From positions 10,540,001-10,604,000 of the forward strand of contig JBHGNT010000003.1 of assembly GCA_043228905.1 (NCBI GenBank): a stretch of 64,000 nucleotides of DNA, written 5' to 3'. The notes under the pieces were generated by a model. The model was not told where the DNA came from. It did no database searches and was given only the letters and a program-made list of their open reading frames with translations. Within the stretch, counting starts at the first letter, position 1. Every line of letters starts with the position of its first letter. Positions 61,501 through 64,000 of this stretch are shown here, piece by piece. Made by a program: the position numbers and the translations under genes. This DNA is from Azolla caroliniana (lineage: Eukaryota > Plantae > Polypodiophyta).

Positions 61501-63676
61501 CTCGTTGATATGCAGCCCTCGGTGCTCTTGAAAGACAATGTGCACATTTGCAATTCCAAGAGCCATGAACTAAGCGGTGGTTATTTGATACACTCGTCAC
61601 ACCAACTCTTCTCTATGGAGTAGAAACATTGGGACCGATTCTTAAGAAGGAAACTCATTGGAAATATCTAGGTAGACCTTTAGTGTCAATGATTGCCTGC
61701 ACGGTAAGGAGCAAAGCATTTGTGCCCCATGATATAATCTGGGCAGAGATGGGAGCAGCCCATATAATCATCAAGGCTTTGTTCCGATTAGTCACTTGTA
61801 TCCAACGTCTTTGGGAGCTTCCTAAACGAAGGTACCCAAGGTTGGCACTTAATGTCAATTAGAGATTGAGGTAGGTAGATATACACAAATACCTCTAGAA
61901 GAAAGAATTTGCCAATTGTGTCATACAAGGTGTGGAATCCAAAGAATGCTATATTTGCCATTGTAGTGGTTTTTATGAAATAAGAGGGAGATACATTGCC
62001 TCTTTAAACAAGGGCTTTGGCCCACTGTGCAAGGTAATGGAATATGCGAACCAACGGTGCCTAGGACTTTTCTTGCTAAAACTCAAGAGACATAGGGACA
62101 TGTTGTGAAGGACAATAGTACAGCCACACAAGCTCATCCACAATGAATAATCACAACTTTCTTTAGCCTATCACTCCTACCAATGCTACAAGTCAATCAA
62201 GGGCTACACAAATGGGCTCCCGACCAAGACATAACAAAGGGATTATAATAGATCGGGCAATAGTAATTTGTCGAGCACGTAGGCTCCTGCCCCATGAACC
62301 ACCGATTATCTCTCGCCATTGTAGGCGCTCTTGCTTCGAAGACCCCTCCATTCTGGAAACCTATGCTAGAGATCTTTTGAAGACAAAAGTTATAATATGT
62401 CTAATGTGAGAATCTTACATGTGCCGAAAACCAAATTCTTTAGTCCTTTTTTATCTTATTTACTTTTATATTTACTTAGTAATATTTATTTTGTTTTGAT
62501 TTGTTGTTCTCAAAGACGAGACAACACTTCAGATGTAATCTCTTGTTTGACCTTATAGGCCATTTTGGCCTCTTAAAAGACTTTAATATATTTTCCTTTC
62601 TTTCTTTTTTTCTCGAGGAACACTTGGAGAAGACCCCCAATGAGAATTTTCTAGAATTAACTAGGAGATACAAAGTTAAAAGAAAGAATCCATGATGTAG
62701 CTGAAAAGTTGATGAAACAACAGTAACAAAAAAAAAAATCATGGATTCCTAGGGAAGTTGATAAACTTGAAGTAATGACACAAGGTTTCTCTCAAAACCG
62801 CCAACAGCTAGAGAAATAATTATATCATAAAGGATGATTGGGTTAAGGAAATTGAGAAATGATTCTGTAGAAACAAAATGCACACTTACATTTTGAACAA
62901 TGGCCTTCATGGCATTTCATGGGCAAATTCAGAGCAGCAACAACTTATATGAAATTTTAGAAGTATAAATTTTATTACATCTTTGTGTTACCGTACGAGA
63001 TGTATGGACACCCTCGTTACACTCAACTTTCCATACATCTCGTAAGGTAACACTTTGTTTACTGTCTCATTAATGATCAATTGGTGGTGTTTCATTAATG
63101 ATCATGTGGTGTTGTACCTATGACAAACAAAATGTAAAGAATATGTGGGTTCTATTGGTCTTGACTCTTTCTTGTATATATTTTTATAGTAATACAATTT
63201 CATTGTAAAAAAAAAGGGGACTTTAAAACTCCTTGCTTGCAAAGGCCCTCACCTCAGTCTTTCTTTTTAGAGAAAGAGAGTTCAAAGTTATTTCTTGGTG
63301 TCTGTGCAATAGGCTTAGAATTTCTTCGGAAGAGTTAAAACTTCTTTTTCCTACTTGCAATAGGATTTGGGATTCAAAAGCTACATGGAAGAGGTTCAGA
63401 TTGCCTTAAATGAGCATAAACGAGAATCTATGGTAAGCTAAATCTTGTTACTCAAACACAACAGGCGTTTTAATTGGGCTCTGAACAAACTATGTATATG
63501 GTGGATGCATATATATTTAGGACTCTGGTAGAGCAAGTGGGAAATGGGGGAGCGAATACAAGATGATGAGTGAGGAAGAAGCTGTTGCAGAGCAGAAAAG
63601 AATGTTTGCCGAAGCACGAGAGCGAATGAAAAGTGGAACCTTATCAATAATACCAAAACATCATGAAGAGGAGTGA
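52566..63676 (+). CDS. DR1: NC2 beta / Dr1 homolog (histone-fold, NF-YB-related); join(52566..52617,57217..57306,57430..57524,63364..63432,63521..63676), 153 aa, CTG start
   Basis: Spliced translation (L/M)DPSLASRVKEDVSLPKATMLKIIKEMLPNHVRIAKDAQELLVECCVEFINLISSESNEICGKQDKRIIAPEHVLKALEDLGFKSYMEEVQIALNEHKRESMDSGRASGKWGSEYKMMSEEEAVAEQKRMFAEARERMKSG..; all junctions GT-AG and frame-consistent. Confidence 0.93.
53608..53634 (+). repeat. Interstitial telomeric repeat (TTTAGGG)3 TTTAGG
   Basis: Direct reading. Confidence 0.95.
53633..53764. repeat. Inverted repeat, 56-bp arms (1 mismatch), 20-nt loop
   Basis: Arms 53633-53688 and 53709-53764. Confidence 0.95.
54484..54940 (+). mobile_element. Solo LTR (family F) with TSD CTGCT
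   Basis: TGTTGGAGGG..TTTCTCACA; CTGCT at 54479-54483 and 54941-54945; TATAAATA at about 54745. Confidence 0.9.
55808..56257 (+). mobile_element. Solo LTR (family F) with TSD AAAAG
   Basis: TGTTGGAGGG..TTTCTCACA; AAAAG at 55803-55807 and 56258-56262. Confidence 0.9.
59160..59630 (+). mobile_element. LINE 3' end copy
   Basis: Aligns with 62180-62610. Confidence 0.75.
59750..60580 (+). pseudogene. Degenerate Copia gag
   Basis: KFDATGFDLWKVRMESTL..AVSDEVL..VWSKLK..KAIFLLMTLLESWEALVVSL; stops and frameshifts. Confidence 0.8.
61160..62610 (+). mobile_element. LINE RT and 3' end remnant in NC2beta intron 4
   Basis: ILLYADDIVLIS..GLQ..L..FC..GLSIN..KTKVMVF RT core; 3' region shared with 59160-59630. 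Confidence 0.85.
62985..63053. repeat. Short inverted repeat, 24-bp arms (1 mismatch), 21-nt spacer
   Basis: GTGTTACCGTACGAGATGTATGGA (62985-63008) / TCCATACATCTCGTAAGGTAACAC (63030-63053). Confidence 0.9.
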
Positions 63677-64000
63677 GTAGGCATATTTTTGATAGAGTTT
63701 TCAAGAGCTAGTGTCATTTGGGAAAAAGGAAAAAGAAAAAGAAACCCAAAACCTTGATTTTATAATGAAATAACTTTTCTACTTCCTTAGCGTTTTTATT
63801 CTGAGATTTATCACTGTACAATTTGTTGGTGCTGCTTGAGGGTTTTACTAGTTTCATGAGAAAAGTGGAATTGTGGAATGAATTAAAAAAACGATTAACT
63901 TGGGTGTGACCATATTATATATACCAGTCCAATGTGATGGATTTCTCTGCAATGGTATGTGTTCCTCAACCACATAACATAGAAGTAAACGCTCAATCAT

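Overview
Eukaryotic, land-plant nuclear DNA (TTTAGGG telomere motif, TGGTATCAGAGC primer-binding site, GT-AG introns; the TE content and multi-kb TE-filled introns suggest a large-genome seed-free plant such as a fern, which is inference only). Most of the window is nested and decayed LTR retrotransposons (Ty1/Copia and Ty3/Gypsy chromoviruses), solo LTRs, LINE remnants and MITEs, many resolvable to the base by TG..CA termini and target-site duplications (TSDs). Two host genes are present: a 2-exon PDV2-like plastid division gene (20407-22194) and an NC2beta/Dr1 histone-fold gene (coding 52566-63676, five coding exons) whose conserved N-terminus begins at CTG rather than ATG. Most notable observations: (1) two unrelated LTR families each carry an antisense tRNA-like A-box/B-box cassette of identical geometry near the LTR 5' end; (2) probable CUG initiation of NC2beta; (3) a double-strand-break scar made of telomere repeats plus a 56-bp fold-back inside an NC2beta intron; (4) a young non-coding LTR element; (5) a Copia pol read-through extension. 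A 100-N gap at 26310-26409 hides the missing halves of a four-level TE nest. No rRNA, functional tRNA gene or CRISPR array was found. All calls are by eye, without database searches.
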